A stretch of DNA of 26,653 bases, from the NCBI GenBank assembly GCA_035357435.1, contig DAOPNM010000004.1, positions 1 to 26,653 on the forward strand, given 5' to 3'. The number at the start of each line of letters is the position of its first letter. The stretch's first letter is position 1. The translations under genes and the position numbers were made by a program. This document shows positions 8,894 through 17,013 of this stretch, in pieces. This DNA comes from an archaeon. GTDB taxonomy: Archaea > Iainarchaeota > Iainarchaeia > Iainarchaeales > CSSED10-239. The notes beneath the pieces are model-generated. The model searched no databases. It saw only the letters and a program-made list of their open reading frames with translations, and was not told where the DNA came from.

Positions 8894-9472
8894 TTATTCA
8901 TCAAAAAAAATATCATCTATTGGTGTATCTTGAGAATTTTTAAAACTCTTTTTATCTGTATATATATCTGACTTTAACATTTTAAAAACAGTAGTGTGAG
9001 ACGCTCCTTGCAATATTTTTTCAATAATATCCCTTGTTTTCTTTAACTGATTTTCAGAACCAATAATTCCTATATAATATCCATAAATTGACAAAACACA
9101 TTTTTGTTTTTTTTCAATCAATTCTTTAACTTTACCATTTCTTCCAATAACTCTCCCTTTTATTTGTGCAATTTTTTCTCTATTTCTTATATTATCAACA
9201 TAGTCCCTAATATCAATTATTTCTAAAGCTACATTATCATTTAATAACTGAAGAGCATTTTGTGGAGAAAAACCTTTAGAAATTGCATCAATTATTTTTT
9301 TGGCAACATAAATACCATAATAGGATTTATCAGATGAAATAACTACATCTCCCGTCTTACTATTTATATCAATCAATGTATTTGTTTTTTTTGAAATATT
9401 TGCTTTGGTTTGTCCATTTTGGCCAATTACAATTGGTAATCTGGAAATATTTACTTTAATTGTTTCTTCCAT
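8894..9472 (-). CDS. KH-domain RNA-binding protein (archaeal Dim2/Pno1-like)
   Basis: Two KH-type GxxG loops (IGQNGQT, IGRNGKV). It lies directly downstream of, and overlaps, the RIO kinase gene, a neighbourhood conserved in archaea. Confidence 0.8.
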   Translation of the reverse strand: MEETIKVNISRLPIVIGQNGQTKANISKKTNTLIDINSKTGDVVISSDKSYYGIYVAKKIIDAISKGFSPQNALQLLNDNVALEIIDIRDYVDNIRNREKIAQIKGRVIGRNGKVKELIEKKQKCVLSIYGYYIGIIGSENQLKKTRDIIEKILQGASHTTVFKMLKSDIYTDKKSFKNSQDTPIDDIFFDE

Positions 9473-10214
9473 ATATATCTAATTTCCTAGTTTTTATATC
9501 ATCTAATACTTTAGAATAACTTAAATTTTTATTTTTAAATTTTTTATTTAAAAAATCTGTTATTGAAATAATATCTCTTTTTAAAAAATTTTTTGCATTT
9601 GGATGTTTTTCTGTAACAGCTTGACCAAAATCAATAATAGTTATCTTTTGGGTTTCTGGATTTATCAAAATATTAAATGGAGAAAAATCGGCATGCACAA
9701 TTTTTGCACCATAAAGCATTTTTGCATAATTCTCTATAATTTGATCATAAACACTATCAAAATCAAATGGTGTTTCTGTCAATTTTGGGAATGAAACACC
9801 ATCTGGTGTTCCTATAAATGACATTATTAAAATGTTTTTTTCTTTCGCAATAGGTATTGGACAACTAACTTGATTATTTGAAGCTAATGTTAAATTTTTG
9901 AACTCTTTATCAACCCATAATAAAACAATATCTTTTTTGTCTTTAGGGCAATTTTTAAATCTATAATCCCCATTAATATATTTATCCATATTTTTAAATT
10001 TAGAAGTTTCTATTTTATAGATCTTTGCAACTAATGGTGTATCTTTTAAATGACCAAAAAAGGTAATCGATTCTTTCCCAGAAGATATTGGATATTCAAT
10101 AGAATCTATAACATGATTACTTGAAAGTTTAAAAAGAGCATGTTGTGTAAAATCATCAAAAACATAAGATTCTATTTTATTTTTTTGTTTTGTAAGTTTT
10201 TTTGTTTTTGCCAT
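9456..10214 (-). CDS. RIO-type serine/threonine protein kinase (Rio1-like, no N-terminal wHTH)
   Basis: P-loop-like ISSGKES, catalytic VHADFSPFNILI, metal-binding IIDFGQAV. The 252-aa length fits Rio1 rather than Rio2. Confidence 0.88.
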   Translation of the reverse strand: MAKTKKLTKQKNKIESYVFDDFTQHALFKLSSNHVIDSIEYPISSGKESITFFGHLKDTPLVAKIYKIETSKFKNMDKYINGDYRFKNCPKDKKDIVLLWVDKEFKNLTLASNNQVSCPIPIAKEKNILIMSFIGTPDGVSFPKLTETPFDFDSVYDQIIENYAKMLYGAKIVHADFSPFNILINPETQKITIIDFGQAVTEKHPNAKNFLKRDIISITDFLNKKFKNKNLSYSKVLDDIKTRKLDIYGRNN

Positions 10215-10301
10215 TTTGTATCAGTTCATAATTACTTTTATAATTTTTATAATTTTTTTAAATAAAATATAAACAACATAAAAAAAATTAAAAAAAATAG
10301 T

Positions 10302-10685
10302 TTATTTGTGTTTTGTGTGTTCTTGGAAAATAGTATCCATTTTATGAGTGCCTTTTACATCACCAGTGTGTTGATAAAGTTTATCTAATTCTCCTCTTTT
10401 TTCAAGCTCATTAATTTGATAACCAACATATCTCCAAACAATGTCCCCTTTAGATGGTTGAAAATCCCAAAGTTTAACAATTACAATATCATTTGGTTTA
10501 ACCCAAATATGTTTAAACATTTTTCCAGGGAGTCTACACACTCTTTCAACACCATCTTCACACATTACCTTTAAGTTTTTTACACCTGTAAGTAATGTGA
10601 TTTTTCCATACATCTCTAACTCATTTCTGTTTGGCGTTCTTAATTTTCTTTGTTCAATTTCTTTTTCAGTAACATCAGTTTCCAA
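10302..10685 (-). CDS. translation initiation factor aIF-1A
   Basis: The S1-like OB fold sequence LRTPNRNE..GKI..LKVMCEDGVERVCRLPGKM..IWVKPNDIVIV matches aIF-1A/eIF1A. The start is TTG, because the conserved RTP segment lies upstream of the first ATG. Confidence 0.9.
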   Translation of the reverse strand: METDVTEKEIEQRKLRTPNRNELEMYGKITLLTGVKNLKVMCEDGVERVCRLPGKMFKHIWVKPNDIVIVKLWDFQPSKGDIVWRYVGYQINELEKRGELDKLYQHTGDVKGTHKMDTIFQEHTKHK

Positions 10686-10692
10686 TTTCTCT

Positions 10693-10697
10693 ACCTC
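10693..10697 (-). promoter_or_regulatory. Shine-Dalgarno-like GAGGT, 7 nt upstream of the aIF-1A TTG start
   Basis: The minus strand reads AAAAAGAGGTAGAGAAATTG. Confidence 0.5.
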
Positions 10698-10723
10698 TTT
10701 TTATTTTTTTAAAAAAATATTTT

Positions 10724-11014
10724 TCAAAGTTTATAAATTTGAATATGTGGGATTCCTCCAAAATATATAATTTGATCTTTAGAAATTATTTTATTATCTA
10801 TAAGAAAACTACATGTTTTTTTCCCAAAAACATTAATACTATCTGCTTCATTTATGTTCTTTAAAATTTCTTTTTGAGACATAATAGTTACACCATAAAA
10901 TCCTTCATTAATCTCTATTGTAATATTTTCAAAAGAAATTTTAGTATTTAATAACTCATCATCACAACAAGCAAAGATTATTTGCCCATTGCTTATATGC
11001 TTTTTTCCAATCAT
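10724..11014 (-). CDS. DUF424-family archaeal protein
   Basis: 96 aa. The pattern FACCDDELL...FYG......E......A.S.N.FG......I.....I.....I..GIPH.Q resembles DUF424, which commonly neighbours aIF-2 beta. Confidence 0.6.
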   Translation of the reverse strand: MIGKKHISNGQIIFACCDDELLNTKISFENITIEINEGFYGVTIMSQKEILKNINEADSINVFGKKTCSFLIDNKIISKDQIIYFGGIPHIQIYKL

Positions 11015-11026
11015 TTTTTTTCTAAT

Positions 11027-11446
11027 TTATAATTTTGGTAATGGTGTAATTGCACCACAAGCTGTACATTTAAGAACCTTTATACCATTTTGTGTAATTA
11101 TTTCTGTATCAGGTTTATTACACACAGAACACAAAACAAAAGATTTCATATATTTCATTAAAATTTGATTTAATCTATTTGTATCGAAAACACCATTTAA
11201 AATCAATGAACCTTCTGAAATAACAGACGATGTAGAAATTTCATTCATTACAAATTTATATAATTGTTTTTCATCTCTCTTCAAATATTTTGCGATTTTT
11301 GAAAAATTCTTCCAAATTGTTTGTTTTCCTTGAACAATTGATTCTACAACTGGCAATTCAAATCTGGAATCGCTTAATGTTTTTTCTGGTAATGAGGAAT
11401 ATAATCTGTCTAATAATTCATCAAAATTTAAAGTTTCTTTATTCAT
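11027..11446 (-). CDS. translation initiation factor aIF-2 subunit beta
   Basis: 139 aa with a C-terminal C4 zinc ribbon (CSVCNKPDT...KCTACGA) and a conserved N-terminal helical domain (LLDRLYSSLPE). Confidence 0.88.
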   Translation of the reverse strand: MNKETLNFDELLDRLYSSLPEKTLSDSRFELPVVESIVQGKQTIWKNFSKIAKYLKRDEKQLYKFVMNEISTSSVISEGSLILNGVFDTNRLNQILMKYMKSFVLCSVCNKPDTEIITQNGIKVLKCTACGAITPLPKL

Positions 11447-11513
11447 AATTTTTCTTAACTCAATTTATAATAAATATAATATGGAAACTATTTAAAAACT
11501 TTATTTTTTAAAA

Positions 11514-12365
11514 CTATAAAAATAAAAAAGTAATAATTATAACAACAAGCATAAGAATTGCTTGTGGGGGCAATGCAGGAACTGCTTTTAATTTATATTT
11601 CCCAATTGCATAAAATGTCCAAATCAAACCAATAATAGATGCAATCCATATTCCAATAATTGGAAGAATAGCAATTTTAAATGGAAAAGACCGAATCAAA
11701 ACAAAAAATAAACTTGCACAAATTGTTAAAGGTATAACTAGATCTCCACCACCTAATTGAAATGCACCATTTTTTGTAGGAATTACAAATAAAAAAGAAA
11801 CTTTTTGTTTAGTAAATATTTTTGCTAATTTTACCATATGTTTTGTATAAAAAACAGCAATAATGTCATACAAAGACAATAAAAGTAAAAAAACAATAAC
11901 AGGTAAAATGCCTAAACTCAAGCCAATAATTGCACCTGCTGCACCAATCGCAATAGCTAATAAACAATTATTGTACCAAATAGATAATTTTAAATATCTT
12001 TTTTGAGAAGACAAATAATATTTTAAAATTACTAAAAATAATGAAACAATGGCTGCTAACAGATAAACCAAAAAAATATCTAAAAACAACAAAAGACCTG
12101 CAAACAATGCAAGAAATTCTAAAATAACTAAATAACCACTTTTTTTAGAAAATTTTCTTAAAAATAAAATTATTGCAGTAAGTAATAAAATTTCTAAAAA
12201 AATACCAACTGCATTCCAAATATTATTTGGATCTTTTGTAAAAATTCCTGTAACTAAACCACTTGTTGCATAAGAATTAGCAACAAAAAGGCCAATTGCT
12301 TGAACAACAATAAAAATAAGAAGAAAATAAAGGATAAATTTAAAAGTAATTTTTCTTTTTTGCAT
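11514..12365 (-). CDS. presenilin/signal-peptide-peptidase homologue (A22 intramembrane aspartyl protease)
   Basis: Polytopic membrane protein with the three family signatures in the correct order: LYD (SLYDIIAVF), GxGD (LGGGDLVIP) and PAL (VPALPP). Confidence 0.8.
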   Translation of the reverse strand: MQKRKITFKFILYFLLIFIVVQAIGLFVANSYATSGLVTGIFTKDPNNIWNAVGIFLEILLLTAIILFLRKFSKKSGYLVILEFLALFAGLLLFLDIFLVYLLAAIVSLFLVILKYYLSSQKRYLKLSIWYNNCLLAIAIGAAGAIIGLSLGILPVIVFLLLLSLYDIIAVFYTKHMVKLAKIFTKQKVSFLFVIPTKNGAFQLGGGDLVIPLTICASLFFVLIRSFPFKIAILPIIGIWIASIIGLIWTFYAIGKYKLKAVPALPPQAILMLVVIIITFLFL

Positions 12366-12393
12366 AATTTATATAATACCCTAGTTTTATGGT

Positions 12394-14118
12394 TTATTTT
12401 TTTAGATCATTTTTTGTTAATATTTGTATATTCTTGTCTGATTTTATTTGCGTATCTGGACAAACAATAAATGTTATCTTTTTCTCTTTTGCAATTTTTA
12501 ATAAATCCTCTGTAAGTTCTTGATCAGTAACAATTACATAAACTTTATTTTCTTTAAAATTTTTTAACTTCTTAATAAACCTTTCACCAGATGCACTTGC
12601 AATTTTTTTAAGACTATTATTTAAGATAACTGATTCTTTTTGAAAAATTACATCATCTAATGTTTTTAATAAATTACGTTTTTGTTCTTCATTTAATGTA
12701 TTGCCCTTTATAACATCTTTCTGAGAATCTTTTGAAAAAACATCTTCTTTAGATTTTTCTTGCTTTTTTTGTTCTAGAACAATTGGCTTTTCTGTGGGCT
12801 TTTCTGTGGGCTTTTCTGTATTTATATTATTTTTTATTTCTTGAATTTGATTTATTATTTCTGATGCAAGTTCATTAGAAATGCCCGTGTTTGGTAATTT
12901 TGGTATAGGTGTAATCGTTTGTTTTTGAGCAATTGCACCAACTGCTTCTTTTTGTTTAAAATTATTATTATATTTTCTATTATTTGAAAACTTACTTTTT
13001 GAATTAAAATCACGATGTTGATTATTTTTAAAACTAGACCCACCTTGACTAAACTTATTTCGTGAATCTGTTGCATCAATTTTTTCAACATTAGGAATAT
13101 CTGCAAGCATATTTAAAAAATTAAGATCTTCTACTGATTTATTGCTTGCAGAAGTGTAAACTTTAAACTTATTTTCAGTTATCCCTTTATATGAATCTTG
13201 TTTGTGAGAATTACCAAATTTATTTTGTGGATTTGATGTATAACTTGGTTGTACATGGTATGTTTTAGATGCAACTTCTGATTTCTGAAACTTATTATTG
13301 TAATAATAATCTAACTTAATTTTTCTTCGTAATGCTTGATTAATTTCCTTTTGTGTTAATTCTTCAACTTCTTTGCCATCTGGAGCCTTTGCAATATAAT
13401 CTATTTTTATAGATTTTTTTAATTGCTCTAACTGAATATCTCCACCTCTATCCCCATCTAAAAAAACAGTTACCTTCTTAGATTTACATATTTCTGCAAG
13501 ACTAGGTGGTATTCTTGCACCATTTGTTGAAATAACATTTGTAAAACCATACTTTAACATGTTTAAAACATCAGCTCTACCTTCTACTACAATTAATTCA
13601 TCTGTATTATCTATATCTGGGCCAGCTGGTAATTTATCTGGGCCATAAAATATAATTTCTTTAACTTTAATTGAACTAGAAATATCATTAATTAACTCTT
13701 TTGTATCTGGAATCTCATGTCCAACAACCTTGGTTAAAAGATCAACAGCTCTTTCTTTTATTTGATTTCTTTTTACACTTCGTGTATCTTCTATTTGATT
13801 AATTTTAAAAGTTACATCACAAGGACCAACTTTATCTATTGTTTCAATTGCTGCTGCAATTAATGCAGTTTCCGTCATAGATAAACTACATGGTAATTTT
13901 AGTTCACCTTGTGTTTTATTATCTTTATGATTAATAGTGATTTCAATTCTCCCTATTTTTCCATTTTGTTGAAGCTCTTTTAAATCTAAATCAGCACCTA
14001 ATAGTCCTTCTGATTGACCAAAAATTGCACCAATTACATCTGGTTTTTCAACTAAACCATCTATTTCAAAATTAGCAATAATCATATATTTTGTTGTTTC
14101 TAAATATGTTTTTCCCAT
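12394..14118 (-). CDS. dnaG: archaeal DnaG-type primase / exosome-associated Toprim protein, with a long low-complexity insertion
   Basis: Conserved archaeal DnaG N-terminus (KYMIIANFEIDGLVEKPDVIGAIFGQSEGLLG). Toprim motifs are VVEGRADV and FLDGDRGGD. Residues ~270-470 are N/K/S/Q-rich. Confidence 0.88.
   Translation of the reverse strand: MGKTYLETTKYMIIANFEIDGLVEKPDVIGAIFGQSEGLLGADLDLKELQQNGKIGRIEITINHKDNKTQGELKLPCSLSMTETALIAAAIETIDKVGPCDVTFKINQIEDTRSVKRNQIKERAVDLLTKVVGHEIPDTKELINDISSSIKVKEIIFYGPDKLPAGPDIDNTDELIVVEGRADVLNMLKYGFTNVISTNGARIPPSLAEICKSKKVTVFLDGDRGGDIQLEQLKKSIKIDYIAKAPDGKEVEELTQKEINQALRRKIKLDYYYNNKFQKSEVASKTYHVQPSYTSNPQNKFGNSHKQDSYKGITENKFKVYTSASNKSVEDLNFLNMLADIPNVEKIDATDSRNKFSQGGSSFKNNQHRDFNSKSKFSNNRKYNNNFKQKEAVGAIAQKQTITPIPKLPNTGISNELASEIINQIQEIKNNINTEKPTEKPTEKPIVLEQKKQEKSKEDVFSKDSQKDVIKGNTLNEEQKRNLLKTLDDVIFQKESVILNNSLKKIASASGERFIKKLKNFKENKVYVIVTDQELTEDLLKIAKEKKITFIVCPDTQIKSDKNIQILTKNDLKK
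12785..12819. repeat. 12-nt tandem repeat (GGCTTTTCTGTG x ~2.9) encoding TEKPTEKPTEKP within dnaG
   Basis: Direct reading of the sequence. Confidence 0.9.
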
Positions 14119-14130
14119 ATATCATTTACA

Positions 14131-14167
14131 CCTGTTTTTATTTTTTGTTTGGATTTTTAAAAACAGG
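14131..14167. repeat. 10-bp inverted repeat CCTGTTTTTA / TAAAAACAGG with 17-nt spacer, between the DUF167 stop and the dnaG start
   Basis: Arms at 14131-14140 and 14158-14167. On the minus strand the 3' arm overlaps the dnaG Shine-Dalgarno-like AGGTG. Confidence 0.6.
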
Positions 14168-14192
14168 ATTTTTGAAAAATAGTGAATCTTTT
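14151..14192. repeat. left arm of a ~42-nt imperfect inverted repeat bracketing the DUF167 gene
   Basis: GGATTTTTAAAAACAGGATTTTTGAAAAATAGTGAATCTTTT aligns with the reverse complement of 14480-14521. Collinear blocks GGATTT, AAACAGGATT and AAATAGTG are shared. Confidence 0.5.
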
Positions 14193-14430
14193 ACAAAACT
14201 TCTTTTATTTTAATTAATTTTGTATTAGATTTTTGACCTTTAATTATTTCTATAATATATCCAAGATCTTTAAAATAACTTATTAATTCTTTATTTGCTT
14301 GCCCCTTGACAGGTAATTTAGTTAATTTAACCTTATAACCATTATCAATGGGTAAAATCTCTTTCTTATTAGAGTTAGAGATTATTTGCAAAGTAATAAA
14401 CTCATCTTTTTTAAAATTTAAATCTTGCAT
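14191..14430 (-). CDS. DUF167 (YggU/UPF0235) family protein
   Basis: 79 aa. KLPVKGQANKELISYF....IEIIKGQKSNTKLIKI matches the DUF167 core (P.dGkAN..li.fl......v.i..G..sr.K.v.i). Confidence 0.65.
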   Translation of the reverse strand: MQDLNFKKDEFITLQIISNSNKKEILPIDNGYKVKLTKLPVKGQANKELISYFKDLGYIIEIIKGQKSNTKLIKIKEVL

Positions 14431-14479
14431 ATATTTTTTAATTTAAAAATATTAAATTCAAATAAATCATGGTCTAAAA

Positions 14480-14521
14480 CCATAAAATACACTATTTATT
14501 GAATCCTGTTTATTTAAATCC
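14480..14521. repeat. right arm of the ~42-nt imperfect inverted repeat bracketing the DUF167 gene
   Basis: Its reverse complement is GGATTTAAATAAACAGGATTCAATAAATAGTGTATTTTATGG. About 29 of 42 positions match the left arm, with one 2-nt gap. Confidence 0.5.
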
Positions 14522-14662
14522 ATTTAATAACTGTAAATTTTGTTTTTAAAAATTTACAAAAAACATTTTTTAAATATTATATATAATTAAAGAACCAATA
14601 TATTTTTAAATAGTAAATTCTACCTATATATACAACAAAAACTTCAAAAAAAGAAAAAACCT

Positions 14663-15064
14663 ATGAAAAACAAAGTTAAAGGCTCAAATGCAGAAAGAGA
14701 ACTATTATTTAAGTTATACGCTAATGGATTTGGAGTTGTAAGAGTTGCAGGTTCCGGATCTATCTCTATTCCTACACCTGACATACTTGCTATCAAACAT
14801 AAAAAAGGGTGTGCTATTGAATGTAAAACAAAATCAGGAGAATATCTTAATATTAAAGAGTCACAGATACAAGAATTAAACATTTTTGAAAAAAGAACTG
14901 GTTTTAAATCATACATTGCTTGGAGATTAGAAAAAGATAATTGGTATTTTATTACCCCTGAAAAAATAAATAAAACAAAAAAAGCATATTCTATAAAAAG
15001 AGAAGAAATTAAAGAAAAAGGAATGACCTTTGATAAATTTATATCTTTAATCTCTGAAAACTAA
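14663..15064 (+). CDS. hjc: Holliday junction resolvase Hjc
   Basis: KGSNAERELLFKLYANGFGVVRVAGSG...PDILAIK....AIECKT carries the archaeal Hjc E...PD...ExK nuclease motifs. Confidence 0.88.
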   Translation: MKNKVKGSNAERELLFKLYANGFGVVRVAGSGSISIPTPDILAIKHKKGCAIECKTKSGEYLNIKESQIQELNIFEKRTGFKSYIAWRLEKDNWYFITPEKINKTKKAYSIKREEIKEKGMTFDKFISLISEN

Positions 15065-15207
15065 AAATGTGAAACAAAATGTTAGACTTAGAAGAAATTA
15101 TTCTTTCATTAGAAAAATTAGAAAAAAAAGAAAAAAGTTTATTAAACAAAATTCTTTATGAAAATGCCATAAATAACTTAAGAGAAATCAAAGAAAAAAA
15201 CAAACAA

Positions 15208-15555
15208 TTATAATAATTTATATTTCTTTGTAAAAAGATCTATTTCCTTCTCAGGAATTGGACCAATCCCTAAACAAGTTATATCTGGAGAAGATAACTG
15301 GGTAAGCCCCATATCTTTAATTAAAGCATGTGGAAACTTCTTTTTAATTTGCTCAAAAAGATCTAAAAGTTCTTTTTTAGACTCAATTTTTAAAACAATT
15401 TTTTTTTGACCCTCTTCTAACCATTCAGAAGCGGCATGCGGGTCTTTCTGTTGTGTATCTAAAAAAGATGTAACAGAGGCATGAGCAACTTGTGATGCAA
15501 TTTTTCCTTTTCCTAAATGTAAATCGTTTCTTACAAGTATAACTTGTTTATACAT
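15208..15555 (-). CDS. pth2: peptidyl-tRNA hydrolase, archaeal type (Pth2)
   Basis: 115 aa. The motif VRNDLHLGKGKIASQVAHASV and the C-terminal TCLGIGP are hallmarks of Pth2. Confidence 0.9.
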   Translation of the reverse strand: MYKQVILVRNDLHLGKGKIASQVAHASVTSFLDTQQKDPHAASEWLEEGQKKIVLKIESKKELLDLFEQIKKKFPHALIKDMGLTQLSSPDITCLGIGPIPEKEIDLFTKKYKLL

Positions 15556-15587
15556 TATTTTTCACAACCACTTCTAATCAAAAAAAA

Positions 15588-15905
15588 TTAATCTTCTATT
15601 CCTAAAAAAGTTATTTTATAGGTCTTTTGATGCTTACCCCATTGTGAAGTAATTTCTTTTGTTTCTTCTAAATTAAAGGTTGTTTCAAATTCATAACCTC
15701 TATGCTCATTCTTTACTAAATAATGATGATCATATTCTAAAACAATTCTGTCAGGTTTAACAGAAATTATTTTAAAAATTGCATGATCTCCATCTTCTTC
15801 AAATGGTTCATTCTCATCAACCAAAATTGTTTTTTCTTCATTTGTGTTTCTTCCAGGATGTTCCATATCTATAACTTTTTTTATAATATATAATTTTACT
15901 TTCAT
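15588..15905 (-). CDS. hypothetical protein (small, acidic, probably all-beta)
   Basis: 105-aa ORF filling the gap between kae1 and pth2 on the same strand. No recognisable motif. An alternative start is Met14 (MEHPGR). Confidence 0.5.
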   Translation of the reverse strand: MKVKLYIIKKVIDMEHPGRNTNEEKTILVDENEPFEEDGDHAIFKIISVKPDRIVLEYDHHYLVKNEHRGYEFETTFNLEETKEITSQWGKHQKTYKITFLGIED

Positions 15906-16001
15906 GACAATTCCTCACTTAAAATTTATTTAAATATCATCTAATAAAAATAAGACGGATAAATTTAAATACATTAGTGTTTTAGTTAACCATAATAATA
16001 A

Positions 16002-16988
16002 TTACATCCATGGAATCAAAACTTGGTCCGTTCTATAATTTGGATTAATTATTGTTTCTTCAAATAAATGTTTTTCTCCATTTAAAAAATGTTTTAAACC
16101 TAAATCTGCAATCATTAAACCATTATCTACACAAACATCTTGTGAAGGAATAAACAACTTAAACTCTCTTTGTTCATTTAATCTTTCAAGCATTTGTTTT
16201 AATGCTTGACTAGACGCAACGCCACCAATTACCATAACTTCCTTTTTGTTTGTGTAAGAAAGAGCTCTTTCTGTAACTTCTAAAAGCATAGCATATGCAG
16301 TATGCATAAAAGAATAAACTAGATCTTCTTTATTAACTTTATTAATTAAAGATTCTGCATATGTTAAAAGTCCAGAAAAAACAAGATCCATGCCTTTTAC
16401 AGAATAAGGCATTTCAATATAATTTTTTCCTTCAAAATATATTTTATCTAAAATAGGTCCACCAGGAAAACCATAACCCATAGATCTTGCAAATGAATCT
16501 AAAAGATTCCCAATTCCAATATCTAAAGTTTCACCAATTATTTTATATCTTTGATTATCTAAACCTATAATTTGTGTATTTGCACCAGATGTATAAATAA
16601 CCAATGGATCTTTTGCTTTCAATAATGTTTTACCAATTTCTATATGCGCTACACAATGATTAACACCAACAATTGGTTTATTATACTTTATGGAAAGAGT
16701 CCTTGCTAAAGTTGCCCCTACAGAAAGACAAGGGCCTAAACCAGGACCTTTTGCAAAAGAAATTACATCAATGTCTTTTATAGATAACTTAGACTTTAAT
16801 AATGCTTCTTCTAAAACATCTACTGCATTTTGATAATGGAACTGTGCAACTTCAGAAGGTTTAATTCCTTGTTGTTGATTTGTATATTGTTTTTTATAAT
16901 TTGCAAGAATATTACCTTTATTATCAATAACACCTACCCCAAAAGTGTGTGCGGTAGACTCTATACCTAAACAAACTATTTTTTTCAT
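16002..16988 (-). CDS. kae1: tRNA N6-adenosine threonylcarbamoyltransferase Kae1 (stand-alone, no Bud32 fusion)
   Basis: GIESTAHTFGVGV, the metal-binding NHCVAHIE, and GGVASS in the C-terminus. The ORF-track start 17021 is a TTG that overlaps the upstream gene's 3' end. ATG 16988 (MKKIVCLGIE) fits the family N-terminus. Confidence 0.92.
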   Translation of the reverse strand: MKKIVCLGIESTAHTFGVGVIDNKGNILANYKKQYTNQQQGIKPSEVAQFHYQNAVDVLEEALLKSKLSIKDIDVISFAKGPGLGPCLSVGATLARTLSIKYNKPIVGVNHCVAHIEIGKTLLKAKDPLVIYTSGANTQIIGLDNQRYKIIGETLDIGIGNLLDSFARSMGYGFPGGPILDKIYFEGKNYIEMPYSVKGMDLVFSGLLTYAESLINKVNKEDLVYSFMHTAYAMLLEVTERALSYTNKKEVMVIGGVASSQALKQMLERLNEQREFKLFIPSQDVCVDNGLMIADLGLKHFLNGEKHLFEETIINPNYRTDQVLIPWM

Positions 16989-17013
16989 AAAAATATTGTT
17001 TTTTATTTTAAAA

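Noticed and set aside
14532-14558. 10-bp hairpin TGTAAATTTT / AAAATTTACA in the DUF167-hjc spacer
   Set aside because: The arms are almost purely A/T, and such palindromes are expected by chance at this composition. There is no associated gene end, since the genes on both sides are divergent.
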